Positions 60,813 through 64,000 of a stretch of 64,000 bases of DNA are shown in pieces (position 1 is the first letter of the stretch; every line of letters begins with the position of its first letter). The stretch covers positions 34,038,001 through 34,102,000 of the forward strand of contig NC_043000.1 in NCBI RefSeq assembly GCF_006345805.1, given 5' to 3'. The DNA comes from Octopus sinensis. Lineage: Eukaryota. A program made the translations under genes and the position numbers. Below the pieces are notes generated by a model. That model ran no database searches. It had not been told where the DNA came from and was given only the letters and a program-made list of their open reading frames with translations.

Positions 60813-61939
60813 AGTTATTAGTTGGAATATATGTGGACTACAGGAAGCGATTATCAAGTATTTCGACCATCAGTATATTTTCGATTGTTGTGTGGCTGCA
60901 TCTCAACATAAGACTCTGCGCAAAGCAATTTTATCAACTTTTCCTTCCTAAACTACATCTTACATCCTAGGTATGGTGGAAAAGTGCTGTAATGGATTAC
61001 CAGGGCTCCAAGCTCTTCGCCGAGACGGGAGTTATAGAACCATTGTAGATTTCCAATATAACAGATATATATTTATTAAAGAGGACAACATTTGTGTTCG
61101 TTCCCCACGACCACCAACATCGCTTGACAACCGATGTTGGTGCATTTCTGTCCCCGTAACTTAACGTTTCGGCAAAAAGAGACCGATAGGTTACGTACCA
61201 GGCTTAGAAAATATAAGTTCTGGGAGTTGATTCATTCAACTCAAATTCTTCAAGGGCAGCGTTACAAAAGGTAAACATGTCACACTAGCAACACAGCAAT
61301 GACACAGAAAGTGAAACATAAAATAGCTTTGACAATAGAGAAGAATCTTAGGAAATATGAATATATGGCATTGTCAACAAATATCATTGGTAAGAGAGTC
61401 AGTTACAGAAAATAAAAAAATTAATTAACTTCGAAAAAAGGAACAATGTTATAATTAGAACTTTTCAATTTCCTTACACCTCATCATTCCCAAGAAATCC
61501 AAGGTATAAAACAAAAATCCGTGATTCTGAGAATTTCCTAGGGGTACTTCCTAAGTTTTAATTTTTATTTTTAATATTCTTATCTAAGGTGTAGATATTT
61601 TGACACTGGAAACAAGCAGAAATCGTCAATATAAACATTTATTCTGACACACGGAACAATTTATAAACACCGCTATGTTTCAAAGTCGCCTTAAGTCAAT
61701 GATTTGCGTGCATTTTGAACACACATCATATAAAGCGGGTAAGTGTTCTCCGAAGGCGAAATACCACTGTGATTAGGTTATTCATGTTCGAATCTTCCAG
61801 AATAAATATGCCATTGCTTTGATTCTCGTTACAATACCTATGCCTAAAACCCAAAAGAAATGCTTCATGAATACTACAACATATTTCAATCAAATCGGTA
61901 GTATTATACTAAAAATCATATATATATATATACAAACAT

Positions 61940-62026
<87 letters not shown>

Positions 62027-62171
62027 TATACATATAATAATTAACATTGAATTAAGTACTTAAATACAGGCACCAAGCTAGTTCGGTATAGTCCACGCAG
62101 CTCGAAGTTAGATGAATAAAAAGTAAATAAGTAACAAGGATGTCCAGGTATTAATGCACTACGGCTTAAAA

Positions 62172-62206
<35 letters not shown>

Positions 62207-62486
62207 ATATATATATATGAAACAAAAATGTAATAGAGGACAATAAAACAATCGAACAGATAGATGATACAAAGGCGGACAGGAGGAACAACAATTAGAA
62301 GGACAGGGGGAAAAAAGACGGGTCATTCGTGGCTTTCTTTCCTCAGTCAAATTACCAGAAGTCCTAACTGTTTCGTTGGATCTGGTTGCCCCCCAAAAAG
62401 TCTAAGCTAAGAGCATTAGACTCTGTTGTAAGAAAGCTAGCGAATGTGTACGGCAACAAAGACAAAAAATGGAGAACATGGTACAC

Positions 62487-62907
62487 AGTTACAATACACA
62501 CGCACACATATGTTGATGGTGTTGCCACTCGTATTTGATGACTACTTTCTAACAAAGAGCCCGGTCTCAGAAGACGTTGTCTCTACTTCGACAGAATTTG
62601 GAGAAGAAGTATCATGGACAACTGATCATTTTTAAAAGTTAATGAATTTACTGATCTGTAATATCAAAAATCTTCAACTCTTTGACTATTTGTCTTTGGA
62701 TGGTAATATCATTATATGATCTCTTGATTGTTTTCAAAAACATTACTAATGGCAACACTTAATCTCTGTTGTTGGCACGTTTCTTTAGTCAGAGTGGGAA
62801 ATGCCTTTGGTACGGATTCGGAATAGGGAGGATGGAATTCTTGTCACAAATTGATGAACCTTCTTCCGTAAAGATTCTTTGTAACGTTTGGTAGTTACAA
62901 TACACAC
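62487..62907. other. 391-bp unique segment flanked by a perfect 15-bp direct repeat
   Basis: AGTTACAATACACAC at 62487-62501 and 62893-62907. Confidence 0.5.
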
Positions 62908-64000
62908 AATAATTGAATAAAATGTAAATAGCATTGGTGATAGAAAAGTGTTACATAAGATAAAATGTTACACCTAACACTAGCAGAATTACAAAAGATT
63001 TGATATAACATTAAATAAATTCATGACTGCAGAAAAATTCTTACATTTCAAAAATTATTTCTTAGAAGACAATTAGCCATGACCATCACCTCAGATCCTA
63101 CAGCAATAACATGTCTATCTGTAAATAGGCGTATTTAAACAGAACGATTGATTAGCTTATGATGAATTTTAGCTTAAAACATCTCAAGATATTTCAAAGT
63201 GAAAATTCCATGTTATATCATGAATTAAGGAGAAATGAGATTTAACAAATCTGCTCCTGAAATATTTCACTCTATTATTGCGAGAAGAACCGTAAATACT
63301 TTTTGTAAGTTTAAATTAATTCGGTAAACAAAAGGAATGAAGATTTTACATTTTCTCAGTTTATTCGAAAGTTGTTAAATATCGTGTGATCAGCTTTTAT
63401 ACTAGTTTTATATAATTGGAAATCTAAATATTATAAAAATGATGGTGGAAATAGGATAGTTAGTCTGTAACCAGCATCGGAAGATGTCGAATACTAAGCC
63501 ATTCCTTAAGGAGACCTTCAGGCAGAAAGAGTATTTTCAGAGTCGCCTGAAATAGAAATTTTTTAAAAAATCAGAAAACACATAATCAATAATTAAAAAC
63601 AGTTATCTGTAACAATCGTACGCTGTTCATATGAAAGAGTATGTTTAGACGAAGATGGCGATCTACGCAGACACTCAGACAACAATCTATATGGATGGTG
63701 GATTTATTAGTGCCAGAAGTCAAACACGATGGAACACACATTATTTCCGCAATAGGTTTTCTCGAGTACTTAAATGCATAGTTCATGGGAAGTAACCATA
63801 TTTTCAATGTGGGAGTAATTCATGGTGGTCCAGGTTCACATGTATGCACGCGTTCACTAGAAAACTCATGTTCCCTTCTATGAACATGGCATTTTTAATC
63901 AGCACACAGTAATTGGACAAATAAATACGATCTTCCGTGACGAGTGAACTTAATGTTTGATCTATCGTAATTAGCAGCAAAATCTACCCTTCATGTCCAC

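Noticed and set aside
63460-63575. Minus-strand acceptor TTCTATTTCAG at 63548
   Set aside because: No convincing donor or recognisable peptide; could be a terminal exon of a gene outside the window but is unsupported here.

Overview
AT-rich, microsatellite-saturated animal genomic DNA. The SINE families present point to a coleoid cephalopod, most likely Octopus (inference from repeat sequence). There is no prokaryotic content and no CRISPR array, and most ORFs in the supplied track are translations of microsatellites or SINEs. Genes: (1) one clear 649-aa ORF (33644-35593, +) of unknown family lying wholly in one 2.05-kb internal exon, with a candidate promoter/first exon at about 23.1-23.6 kb and a splice donor 54 nt after the stop; (2) the 5' end of a minus-strand gene whose exon at 11733 ends in ATG and whose next exon (9128-9181) encodes a signal-peptide-like stretch; (3) two intron-containing tRNA-Ile(UAU) genes in a 493-bp tandem duplication. 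Mobile DNA: many tRNA-derived SINEs of at least three families, RTE, CR1/L2 and R4/Dong-type LINE remnants, a Tc1/mariner MITE, a 257-bp foldback element, a Penelope-like terminus and a Helitron-like 3' end. The most notable unannotated signal is a near-canonical type I hammerhead ribozyme (19854-19899) with a palindromic stem III, inside a 1.5-copy repeat of about 320 bp (retrozyme-like). A second, variant hammerhead-like motif lies at 25642-25683. A 1-kb GC-richer island of tightly packed, alternately oriented small ORFs (26.5-27.5 kb) could not be identified. All family assignments are by eye; no searches were run.
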